Shown: positions 1-7,459, counted from the stretch's first letter. The stretch: DNA of 10,808 nucleotides from Candidatus Krumholzibacteriia bacterium (GCA_046754105.1 JBHHVD010000098.1:1-10808), one strand, 5' to 3'. Numbers and translations are program-made. The notes: generated by a model not told the origin, from the letters alone.

Positions 1-1023
1 CACGCGATGAGTGGATTCGAAGTCGTCGTGTTGCAGGTAGGCGTAGTCGAAGCCCAGCGCCCCTACACGGAAACCCGCACCCGCGGTGGGGTTCATGTTG
101 TGCTCCTCGCCTGCGTCGAAGCCACCCCGTATCATCACCTTTCCCTGGAACTGGAGTTCGGTACCGAAGTGAAGGTCGAGGCTGTAGCGGTCGACCCAGA
201 ATTGTGACGCGCGACGGCGATCCTCGAAATAAAAATCTCCGTCGGCGGTAAGGAGCAGCGCTCCGTTCAACGCGGGCGAACTGAGGCTGTACGCCAGTCC
301 CAGCTTTACCGACGGCGCGATGAACTCGTTGGTCCCCGTGCTCCAGCTGATATAGGTACCCGTGATATCCTGGAGCTTCACACCCACGTCGAACCTCTCA
401 AAAAACAGGTTCCGCCGCAGAAACCCAAGGTCCAGCCCGACCCCCGTGGCGGTGAAGCCACCGATCGCGTCGGTATAAATCAGCTTCAGTGTCCCCCCCA
501 CCCTTCCGTGCGCCGTCTTCATCGCATAGCTCGTAAAGAGCGCGAAATCATTGTTGCTCTCACGCGGGATGGAGGACGTGTCCAGCCGGTCCCCCGCTTC
601 GGGCTGGAACCCGGGCACGCCGTTGTTGTCGAGTATCGGCAGGTTGTTGGTGACGGCGATGTCGTCGACACCCAGGTGGATTACCGCGACGCCGAAGGAC
701 GCCTCCCGCTCCGCCGACATGAACGCCGTCGTCGGGCTCGTGAATGCTGCGAAGTTGTAGTTGACGAGGTTGCCAAAACGTTCCGAATGCATGAAAAGCG
801 CCTGGCGCTTCTCGAAGCCGGATATTCCGGCCGGATTCCAGAACAGCGCCGACGCGTCGGACGCAACGGCGGCAAAGGCGCCCCCCATGCCCAGTGCCCT
901 CGCTCCTCCGCCGGATGCCATGAACTCCCCTGCGAACTTCTTGGCCGCGGCAGCGCCGGGCCACCCGGCGACGGCGATTGATAACAGCACGGCAGCAATG
1001 GTCTTTCCAAATCTCTCGAGCAT
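1..1023 (-). CDS. PorV/PorQ-family (UPF0164-like) outer-membrane beta-barrel protein, 3' end just beyond the window edge
   Basis: Manual translation from ATG at 1023 is open to base 1 (341 codons; absent from the ORF track because no stop lies in the window). Signal peptide MLERFGKTIAAVLLSIAVAGWPGAAAA, then the family motif GGGARALGMGGAFAAVASDASALFWNPAG, amphipathic strands (GVGLDLG, FDVGVKLQDI) and the typical near-terminal TAGAGFRVGALGFDYAY...THRV. Confidence 0.88.
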   Translation of the reverse strand, partial: MLERFGKTIAAVLLSIAVAGWPGAAAAKKFAGEFMASGGGARALGMGGAFAAVASDASALFWNPAGISGFEKRQALFMHSERFGNLVNYNFAAFTSPTTAFMSAEREASFGVAVIHLGVDDIAVTNNLPILDNNGVPGFQPEAGDRLDTSSIPRESNNDFALFTSYAMKTAHGRVGGTLKLIYTDAIGGFTATGVGLDLGFLRRNLFFERFDVGVKLQDITGTYISWSTGTNEFIAPSVKLGLAYSLSSPALNGALLLTADGDFYFEDRRRASQFWVDRYSLDLHFGTELQFQGKVMIRGGFDAGEEHNMNPTAGAGFRVGALGFDYAYLQHDDFESTHRV

Positions 1024-1116
1024 GGATGCCTCTGGGGTTCGGGTGTACCTGTGATCAGCGGGCGCCCACTGCATAGGCATCAGGGGGAATAACGTAATTG
1101 CGGACTACGTATGAGA

Positions 1117-1146
1117 AGTATACCGGACACGCTTGCCGGGTGTCAA
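1117..1146 (-). promoter_or_regulatory. sigma70-type promoter for the PorV-like gene
   Basis: Minus strand TTGACA-N18-TATACT about 95 nt upstream of the ATG at 1023. Confidence 0.7.
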
Positions 1147-1163
1147 ACACACTTTGCCGGCGC

Positions 1164-2633
1164 TCATATCAGGCCGTATTCCTTGATCTTGCGATACAGC
1201 GTCCGTTCGGATATACCGAGCATATCCGCAGCCTTGCGCCGGTTCCCAGCGCTGGTCCTCAGCGCCCCCGCGATGGCCGATCGCTCCAGGTGCGCGAGGT
1301 TCTGCACGGGGCCGGCCTCCTCGCCGCCGTTCGCGTAGACCTCGCTGAGCGTTTCCAGAGGTCCGCGTCCGCGCCTGAGCATGCCGAGGATCTCTCGCAC
1401 GTCGTGGTGCAGCGCCAGGATCGACGCATAGATCATCTCCCTCTCCGCCTCGTCCTTCGAGCGGTGCAAGGGCACCGGCAGCAGCGTTGCCTGCGGCGGG
1501 CCGCCCTCGGCCAGCCGCGGCGCGACCACTTCCAGCGATATGCGGCCCCGCGGCGCCAGCACCACGGCGGTATCGATCAGATTGCGGAGCTCCCGTATGT
1601 TCCCCGGCCACGGATTGTCCACAATCGCCCGCAGCGCGTCCGGATCGATGCCCTTCACGTTCTTGCCGTGCTTCTCGTTGGCCTTGCGTATGAACGCCCC
1701 CACCAGCAGGGGAATGTCCTCCTTGCGGTCTCGCAGCGGGGGGAGGTAAAAACTCACGCCCTTGAGACGATAGTAGAGATCCTGGCGAAAGGTGCCTGCG
1801 GCGACTCCGTCGCCCAGGTTGCGGTTGGTGGCGGCGATCACGCGGACGTCCGCCTTGAAGCTCTTGACGCCACCGACCCGCAGTACCTCACCCGATTCCA
1901 GAACACGCAGCAATCGCACCTGCATGTTCGTGCTCATCTCCCCGACCTCGTCGAGAAAGATGCTTCCGCCGCTGGCCTGCTCGAAGACACCGGCGCGCTG
2001 CGCGACCGCGCCGGTGAACGACCCTTTTTCGTGCCCGAACAACTCGCTCTCCAGCACGCCCTCCGCCAGTGACGCACAGTTGATGGCCACATATGGCCCG
2101 TCTCTTCGCCGGCTGGCCTGGTGGACCGCGCCGGCGACGACGTCCTTGCCGGTACCGCTTTCGCCTTCGATGAGGATCGGCACCTCGGTCGGCGCCACCT
2201 GCAGGATCGCCTCCAGGATCTCTTCCATCACCGGCGAACGCCCCACGATACCGGCACCGGCTTTGAGCGCCGCCAACGCCAGGCGGTGTTCGACCACTGC
2301 CTTTAGGAGGCCGGCCTCGAGCGGTCGCTCAAAGTAGCAGTCGACCCCGTCGCGTCGCTCGGTGACGCGGACCTCGTCCGACTTCGGCCCGCCTACCACC
2401 ATGATTTCGACCGCGGGAAACCGTTTCCGCACTCGCTTGATCAGGGAGACGTAGCTGCCCCCCGTCGCCGCCTCGTCGACGATGAGTACGTGGAGGTCGC
2501 TAACCGCTGCGGAGAAGATACGCTCGGGGGTTTCGAAGAGAACGACATCCCAGCGTTTGGCGTCGATCCCGTGCAGAACCTGGCTAATTGTCGGATCGGC
2601 CGTTGCGGCCAGTAGTTGTAGCTTTTGCTCCAT
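1164..2633 (-). CDS. sigma54-dependent enhancer-binding protein (degenerate receiver + AAA+ + Fis-type HTH)
   Basis: Walker A GESGTGKD, ESELFGHEKGSFTGA, Walker B IFLDEVGE, FRQDLYYRL, WPGNIRELRN and C-terminal HTH GNRRKAADMLGISERTLYRKI. Start is ATG 2633 or the adjacent TTG 2636. Confidence 0.95.
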   Translation of the reverse strand: MEQKLQLLAATADPTISQVLHGIDAKRWDVVLFETPERIFSAAVSDLHVLIVDEAATGGSYVSLIKRVRKRFPAVEIMVVGGPKSDEVRVTERRDGVDCYFERPLEAGLLKAVVEHRLALAALKAGAGIVGRSPVMEEILEAILQVAPTEVPILIEGESGTGKDVVAGAVHQASRRRDGPYVAINCASLAEGVLESELFGHEKGSFTGAVAQRAGVFEQASGGSIFLDEVGEMSTNMQVRLLRVLESGEVLRVGGVKSFKADVRVIAATNRNLGDGVAAGTFRQDLYYRLKGVSFYLPPLRDRKEDIPLLVGAFIRKANEKHGKNVKGIDPDALRAIVDNPWPGNIRELRNLIDTAVVLAPRGRISLEVVAPRLAEGGPPQATLLPVPLHRSKDEAEREMIYASILALHHDVREILGMLRRGRGPLETLSEVYANGGEEAGPVQNLAHLERSAIAGALRTSAGNRRKAADMLGISERTLYRKIKEYGLI

Positions 2634-2654
2634 CAATGACTTTCACCGAAAGTC

Positions 2655-2683
2655 ACGATAGGTACAAACTGACATTTTGTCAA
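2655..2683 (-). promoter_or_regulatory. sigma70-type promoter for the second sigma54 activator
   Basis: Minus strand TTGACA-N17-TATCGT; implies a very short leader before the start at 2633/2636. Confidence 0.65.
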
Positions 2684-2703
2684 CGCCCAATCGAGGTGCT
2701 CCG

Positions 2704-2751
2704 GCACGACTCCGGACGCGGCACGGCGCCCCGTCCGGAGTCGAGTCGTGC
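2704..2751 (-). terminator. Strong GC-rich hairpin directly after the stand-alone HTH gene (terminator or mRNA-stabilising stem)
   Basis: Perfect 12-bp inverted repeat CGACTCCGGACG (2707-2718) / CGTCCGGAGTCG (2732-2743). No U-tract follows, so intrinsic termination is uncertain. Confidence 0.45.
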
Positions 2752-3014
2752 TAGGCGTCGGAGTTTTCGAGAGCCGCTGAGCCGCACTCGGGCGCGAGGT
2801 CCAACTCGCGGTACAACCTGAGCTTGTTGCGTATGGTTCTGACGCTGATTTCCAGCGTTTTCGCCGCGCGCGTGCGGTTCTGCTCGTTCTGGGCCAGGCG
2901 CTGCATGATCATCAGCCGTTCCATGTCCCGTACGGAGCCGTGACGGAATATGTATTCCAGCTCCGACAACCGGCGCTCCACCCCTTCATCCATGCCAAAA
3001 CGGTTATCGCTCAC
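2751..3014 (-). CDS. Stand-alone Fis-type (HTH_8) DNA-binding protein, 87 aa
   Basis: SVRDMERLMIMQRLAQNEQNRTRAAKTLEISVRTIRNKLRLY is a Fis/NtrC-type HTH. Start revised to GTG at 3014, which has a strong SD (GGAGGGAGG) 7 nt upstream; the ORF-track TTG at 3065 lies inside the sigma54 promoter. Confidence 0.88.
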   Translation of the reverse strand: MSDNRFGMDEGVERRLSELEYIFRHGSVRDMERLMIMQRLAQNEQNRTRAAKTLEISVRTIRNKLRLYRELDLAPECGSAALENSDA

Positions 3015-3060
3015 TGTGTGGCCTCCCTCCAGTTCGGGTTTCTCCAGCACCCCGGCACAC

Positions 3061-3077
3061 GGCAATCGATGTGCCAG
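3061..3077 (-). promoter_or_regulatory. sigma54 (RpoN) -24/-12 promoter
   Basis: Minus strand CTGGCACATCGATTGCC matches TGGCAC-N5-TTGC with exact GG-N10-GC spacing; intergenic, about 47 nt upstream of the GTG start. Confidence 0.88.
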
Positions 3078-3208
3078 CGGCAGGAAAAATCGTCACATGG
3101 AGGCAGTTCGACCTTAATACCCTGCGGATATGCCAGTTCGGTGAACGGACCGCCCGAGGCCCGTTGCGCGCGCCGCGACCAAGGAGCCGGTTCCTGACCA
3201 ATATGTTT

Positions 3209-4633
3209 TCATTTGTGGCGATCGCGCCCGGCCTGTGGTCGACTATCGGCCCCCCCCCGGGCCGCCTGGTCGACCAGCTTGAGCTTTTCGCGCAGGGTTT
3301 GCCGGGAAATCCCGAGGATACCCGCCGCCTTGGACTTGTTGCCCTTGGTTTGCTCGAGGGTCTTGAGAATCTGGATCTGCTCGACCTCGCGCAGGGTCAT
3401 CGGGAAGAACGAGGACAGCACGTGGGCGGCCCGGTCCGGACCCGCGGTGCCGGGTCCCGATGCGTAGATTTCACCGGGAAGGTGTTCGCGTAGAATAGCC
3501 TCCTCCGCGTCGAGGAGCATCGCCCGCTCGACAACGTTCTTCAATTCGCGAACGTTGCCGGGCCAGTCGTAGTTGATGAGAACCTCCATCACGTCCCGCG
3601 CCACCGGTTTGACGTGTTTGCCGAGTTCCCGGTTGAAGCGGTCGACGAAATGGTTCACGAGAAACGGGATGTCTTCCTTTCGTTCCCGCAGCGGCGGCAC
3701 GTGGATCGGGATAACCTTGAGCCGGTAGTAGAGGTCTTTCCGAAAAGTTTTTTCCTCGATCGCGGACTCCAGGTTACGGTTGGTCGCCGCGACGATACGC
3801 GTGTTTACGCGCAGATCCTGGACACCGCCGACACGCCTGAAGGTCTTGTTCTCGATCACCCTCAGGAGCCGGGACTGCAGCGTGATCCCCATTTCCCCGA
3901 TCTCGTCGAGAAAGAGCGTTCCGCCCTCGGCCAGTTCGACGAGACCCTTCTTGCGGTTCTTTGCGTCTGTGAACGCACCCTTCTCATAACCGAACAGTTC
4001 GCTCTCGAGCAGCGTTTCCGGGACTGACGCGCAGTTTATTTCCATAAAAGGGCGTGTATCGCTGTAGCTGCACGCGTGAACGGTTCTCGCGACCAGTTCC
4101 TTGCCGGCTCCACTCTCGCCGGTGATAAGCACGGTGTTCGCCTTGCTCTTGCCGATCTTGTCCAGCTTGTGGAAAATCGCTTTCATGGGGCCGCTGTGAC
4201 CGATGAAATTCTTATATACGCTCGCGCCGCCGGTTTTCTCCTTGAGATACGCGATCTCATCTTTGAGGCGGTGGGTTTCCAGGGCGTTGCCGATCGTCAC
4301 TTTCAATTTCTCCAGCGCGAAGGGTTTCAGTGTAAAATCGTACGCCCCGTTCTTCATCGCCTCCACGGCGGTTTCGACCTCGCCGTACGCCGTCATCATG
4401 ATGACCGGCACGCTCGGGTCCAATGCTTTCATCTTCTTGAGAATCTCGATACCGTTGTCTCCGGGCAGCTTGAGATCAACCAGGCACAAATCGATCTCGC
4501 TGCGCCTGAACTCCTCGAGCCCTCTTTCTCCGTTGTCCGCTTCGAAGATCTCGTGGCCGGCCTCCTTCAAGGCCTCCCCCAGGGACCAGCGGATCGTCTT
4601 TTCATCATCGATGATCAGTATCGCTTTCGGCAT
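3209..4633 (-). CDS. NtrC/AtoC-family sigma54-dependent response regulator (REC + AAA+ + HTH)
   Basis: Intact receiver (ILIIDDE, LVDLKLP, MMTA, TLKPF), GESGAGKE, ESELFGYEKGAFTDA, LFLDEIGE, WPGNVRELKN and HTH GNKSKAAGILGISRQTLREKL. Starts 16 nt after the kinase stop with a purine-rich RBS. Confidence 0.97.
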   Translation of the reverse strand: MPKAILIIDDEKTIRWSLGEALKEAGHEIFEADNGERGLEEFRRSEIDLCLVDLKLPGDNGIEILKKMKALDPSVPVIMMTAYGEVETAVEAMKNGAYDFTLKPFALEKLKVTIGNALETHRLKDEIAYLKEKTGGASVYKNFIGHSGPMKAIFHKLDKIGKSKANTVLITGESGAGKELVARTVHACSYSDTRPFMEINCASVPETLLESELFGYEKGAFTDAKNRKKGLVELAEGGTLFLDEIGEMGITLQSRLLRVIENKTFRRVGGVQDLRVNTRIVAATNRNLESAIEEKTFRKDLYYRLKVIPIHVPPLRERKEDIPFLVNHFVDRFNRELGKHVKPVARDVMEVLINYDWPGNVRELKNVVERAMLLDAEEAILREHLPGEIYASGPGTAGPDRAAHVLSSFFPMTLREVEQIQILKTLEQTKGNKSKAAGILGISRQTLREKLKLVDQAARGGADSRPQAGRDRHK

Positions 4634-4649
4634 GCTCTTCCCTTTCTGG

Positions 4650-6680
4650 TCAGGTCGGCCGACCGCCGGCCGCGTCGTTCTTGGCTTCCATCGGTAAACG
4701 AATCGTGAATCGCGTGCCCCTCTTCAGGAAATCGCAACGGATATCGCCGTTGTGATCCTCGATTATCTGCTGAGAGATAGCGAGCCCCAGCCCCGTGCCG
4801 TTCGTCTTAGTGGTTACAAACGGCTCGAACAGGTTGCCACGCACTTCCTCCGGCACGCCACACCCGCTGTCGACCACCTCGATGCTCGCGAAGGCCCGGC
4901 CCTGCGCCTGCGGGGGTTCCTCGTTGCGCAAAATAATCTTTACCTCGTCTCCGGTTTCGCACGCGTGAATCGAGTTGAGTACGATATTGAGCAATACGGA
5001 GGTCAGCTGGTTCGCATCGGCCCGGCACCGGCGGTATTTCAATCCGTCTTCCACCGCCAGCCGGATCCCCTTCCTCCTTGCCTCATCCGACAGAAGGCCT
5101 GCCACCCGTTGGGACAAATCCGCCAGCGCGCAGGAGCCCAACTGCGGTGCCGCCGGTTTGGCGAAACTCAGCAAGTTGCGAATAATCTCGTCGAGGCGCC
5201 CGATCTCGTCAAGGATTGCTCGAATGTATTTGAGCTCATCTTCCTGGCCTCGCAGTTTGCCACCGAGCACTTCGGCGCTCGTCGCGATGCCGGTCAACGG
5301 GTTGCGGATCTCGTGGGCGACGCCCGCCGAGAGCTGCCCCAGGACCCGCAGGCGGTCGTGGCGGCGAAGTTGACCTTCGAGCCGTTTACGCTCGGTTAGA
5401 TCTTCGAAAATGGCCACGAGTACCGTGCCGTTCAGATTGTCGTCGTGCATCTTCGTGATGTTCATGCGCGCCGAGTATTCACTCTCGCCCTTGCCCTTGT
5501 AACGGACTTCGACGACCCTTTCGTCGCCCTCCGACTCGATGACCCGCCGGTAGAAATCGCCGGCATAATTGGGGCTGCTAAACAGCTCGTTGAAATGAAG
5601 TGGCCGGCGGGTACCGAGGGCGTCGCACATCCGCGAGGCCCGCTCGTTGAAGAACCGTACGTCGCCCGAAAGATCCGTCGTGACGACGCCGCTGTGAATG
5701 TTGTCCAGCACCTTCTGATTGAAACGTCCCAGCTGCCGCAGCTCGCTGATGTACGAGGCGTTGGCCACCTCCCCTGCCAGAACGGTTTGAATGGTGCTCA
5801 GAAAATGATAGTCGGTCATGAATGCGACACTGGACCGGTACTCCTTCTCCAAGAACAGAAAACCGTGGCGCCGGTTGCGGTGCCTCAGGGGTATCACCGT
5901 GAAGCGCCACGGTACGGACCTCTCCAGGCACGTGTCGAACACGCCCTCTCGATAACTCTCGACGGCGTGGATTTCCGAACTCCGCGGGTTGTCTTGCCAG
6001 TTCTCGACCAGTACCTGGCAGGACTGGGAGAGGATCGGAGGGTCCACCTGAAAGCTCGCGCGCACGGCCAGGCGCGTCTCCCCCTCGCTAAGGAGCAGCA
6101 GCGCGGCTCCGTCCGCCCCCGTATAGCTGACGAGCGCCATCAAGAAGCGATCGAGGGCATCGCTCCAGTTCTCGTTTTCGGAAATGTCCCTGCCCATCCC
6201 GTACAGAATGGTCAATCTCGAAACGTGGTCGCGCAGGGTCTGGTTGAGAACCCGCAGCTGGCGGTTCGCGCCGGTCAGCCCGCGCTCGCGGCCGCGCCGG
6301 CCGCGAGCGAGCGCGGCGCGCACGACTGCGGACAGCCGCGCGGCGTCCAGCGTGCCGGGCACGAAGTCGTCGACGTCGTCCCGGATCAAGCGCGCCAGCA
6401 ACTCCGTCGAAGGCCGGGTGGCGGTCACCATCAGAATGGTATCGGGGTGTTGTCGGCGGATGAGGCGCACGAAATCGGCGGGCTCGCCCGGCAGCGAGTC
6501 GGCGTTCACGAGCACCAGGCGGTAATCGTCTTTTTGCAGCCGCGCCAGGGCGTCGGTCGGGCCCGGGCTGACATCGACGCGGATGCCGGGCACCCCGACC
6601 GGGCCCGCCGCCTGTGGGTGCGAGTCGACGATCAACACCGGCGGTGCGTCTGTACGGGGGCTCTCGGGCGGCTGGGTCAT
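4650..6680 (-). CDS. Sensor histidine kinase: pseudo-receiver + GAF + PAS + HisKA + HATPase (NtrB/AtoS-like core), probably cytoplasmic
   Basis: H box AHEIRNPL, N box QLTSVLLNIVLNS, G1 VVDSGCGV, F box FEPFVTTK, G2 GTGLGLAIS. PAS: VLDNIHSGVVTTDLSGDVRFFNERA. GAF-like: VIPLRHRNRRHGFLFLE. No obvious transmembrane helix. Confidence 0.95.
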   Translation of the reverse strand: MTQPPESPRTDAPPVLIVDSHPQAAGPVGVPGIRVDVSPGPTDALARLQKDDYRLVLVNADSLPGEPADFVRLIRRQHPDTILMVTATRPSTELLARLIRDDVDDFVPGTLDAARLSAVVRAALARGRRGRERGLTGANRQLRVLNQTLRDHVSRLTILYGMGRDISENENWSDALDRFLMALVSYTGADGAALLLLSEGETRLAVRASFQVDPPILSQSCQVLVENWQDNPRSSEIHAVESYREGVFDTCLERSVPWRFTVIPLRHRNRRHGFLFLEKEYRSSVAFMTDYHFLSTIQTVLAGEVANASYISELRQLGRFNQKVLDNIHSGVVTTDLSGDVRFFNERASRMCDALGTRRPLHFNELFSSPNYAGDFYRRVIESEGDERVVEVRYKGKGESEYSARMNITKMHDDNLNGTVLVAIFEDLTERKRLEGQLRRHDRLRVLGQLSAGVAHEIRNPLTGIATSAEVLGGKLRGQEDELKYIRAILDEIGRLDEIIRNLLSFAKPAAPQLGSCALADLSQRVAGLLSDEARRKGIRLAVEDGLKYRRCRADANQLTSVLLNIVLNSIHACETGDEVKIILRNEEPPQAQGRAFASIEVVDSGCGVPEEVRGNLFEPFVTTKTNGTGLGLAISQQIIEDHNGDIRCDFLKRGTRFTIRLPMEAKNDAAGGRPT

Positions 6681-6745
6681 TACGTCCTATTGGACAAAGG
6701 GTTCCGCGTCATCCGTCGCTAGTCGTGCTCCTTCGGCTGGATAGT

Positions 6746-6774
6746 TTCTTACCACAGGTACCCAAACCCATCAA
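6746..6774 (-). promoter_or_regulatory. Possible sigma70-type promoter for the kinase/regulator pair
   Basis: Minus strand TTGATG-N17-TAAGAA with a TG extended -10 and an AT-rich upstream tract; both hexamers are imperfect. Confidence 0.3.
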
Positions 6775-6871
6775 CCAAAAATAACGTCCCGGCCGGCATC
6801 CGTGGCGCGCGTACACCGTACGGTTGCGGGCGGGCCCGTCGAGGGAGGGCGGCTTCGCACAACGATTGGGG

Positions 6872-7240
6872 CTAAAAGGCGAGCTGGTGAAGAATGTAGG
6901 AATCGAGATAACCCTTGTCCTTCTCCGAGATGGCGGTGAAGTAACAAGCAATCTCGTATTGCGTTCCGTCCCCGCCCGGTGATTCGGGTTCCACACGGAC
7001 GACGACACCCTCACAGAAGACTTCGTGACCATCCTCGGGATCGCCGTCGGTGCCTTCCGGCAAAACCAGCGTGATACCCAGCCTGGTCAGCGGGGAGATG
7101 TATTGCGGGGTGGAAAAGTAAACGCCGTTGGCGCTGACGTTGATACTCTCGACACGTGCGTAGTCGCTGCCGCTGAGCTTGATCTCCATCGCCAGCTGCG
7201 CCGGCGCTCGCACCGCTCGTCTGCGCTCTTTCTTGGTCAC
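6872..7240 (-). CDS. Single-domain PilZ (c-di-GMP-binding) protein
   Basis: RxxxR motif (ERRRAVR) and D/NxSxxG motif (NVSANG), followed by GVVVRVE. Likely start is GTG 7240 after GGGGTG (alternative ATG 7261); the ORF-track start at 7318 runs through a hairpin. Confidence 0.9.
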   Translation of the reverse strand: MTKKERRRAVRAPAQLAMEIKLSGSDYARVESINVSANGVYFSTPQYISPLTRLGITLVLPEGTDGDPEDGHEVFCEGVVVRVEPESPGGDGTQYEIACYFTAISEKDKGYLDSYILHQLAF

Positions 7241-7287
7241 GTGACTATCGCACCCCAGCATGTGTTCGAATCGGGCACCTGGCACAA

Positions 7288-7310
7288 GCTCCGCCGGGTT
7301 ACGGCGGAGC
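7288..7310 (-). terminator. Hairpin downstream of the bS22-type gene (probable terminator/attenuator)
   Basis: Perfect 9-bp stem GCTCCGCCG / CGGCGGAGC with a 5-nt loop; only a weak TTGT tail on the minus strand. Confidence 0.5.
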
Positions 7311-7366
7311 CTCTTCAAGACATCGAGTCAATCGACTGCGACACCCTGCCGCGAGCGCCGGTTTTC

Positions 7367-7459
7367 CTATTTCTTCTTCTTGTGGCGGTTCTTCCGAAGC
7401 CGCTTCTTGCGCTTGTGCGTCGCGATCTTCTTTCTCTTGCGCTTTCTGCCGCAGGGCAT
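7367..7459 (-). CDS. Small basic ribosomal protein bS22 (AURKAIP1/COX24/mS38-like family), 30 aa
   Basis: Manual translation MPCGRKRKRKKIATHKRKKRLRKNRHKKKK*, matching the Bacteroidota-type pattern MPSGKKRKRHKxATHKRKKR. SD GAGGT 9 nt upstream. Too short for the ORF track. Confidence 0.92.
   Translation of the reverse strand: MPCGRKRKRKKIATHKRKKRLRKNRHKKKK

Noticed and set aside
560..1010. Minus-strand ORFs 560-964 and 681-1010
   Set aside because: They are alternative frames overlapping the PorV-like gene, which is open from 1023 to the window edge.
3250..3258. G9 homopolymer in the NtrC-type regulator as a phase-variation tract
   Set aside because: It lies after the HTH in a low-complexity tail, so slippage would change only the last residues.
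3940..4010. GAFTDA (and GSFTGA in the second activator) as a sign of sigma54-independence
   Set aside because: Both variants keep the critical Phe-Thr and are common among sigma54 activators.
6709..7032. Minus-strand 107-aa ORF between PilZ and the kinase
   Set aside because: It overlaps the PilZ gene in another frame and the putative promoter, with no recognisable features.
7280..7295. Plus-strand TGGCAC-N5-CCGC sigma54-like site
   Set aside because: Poor -12 box, overlaps a hairpin and points antisense with no downstream gene.
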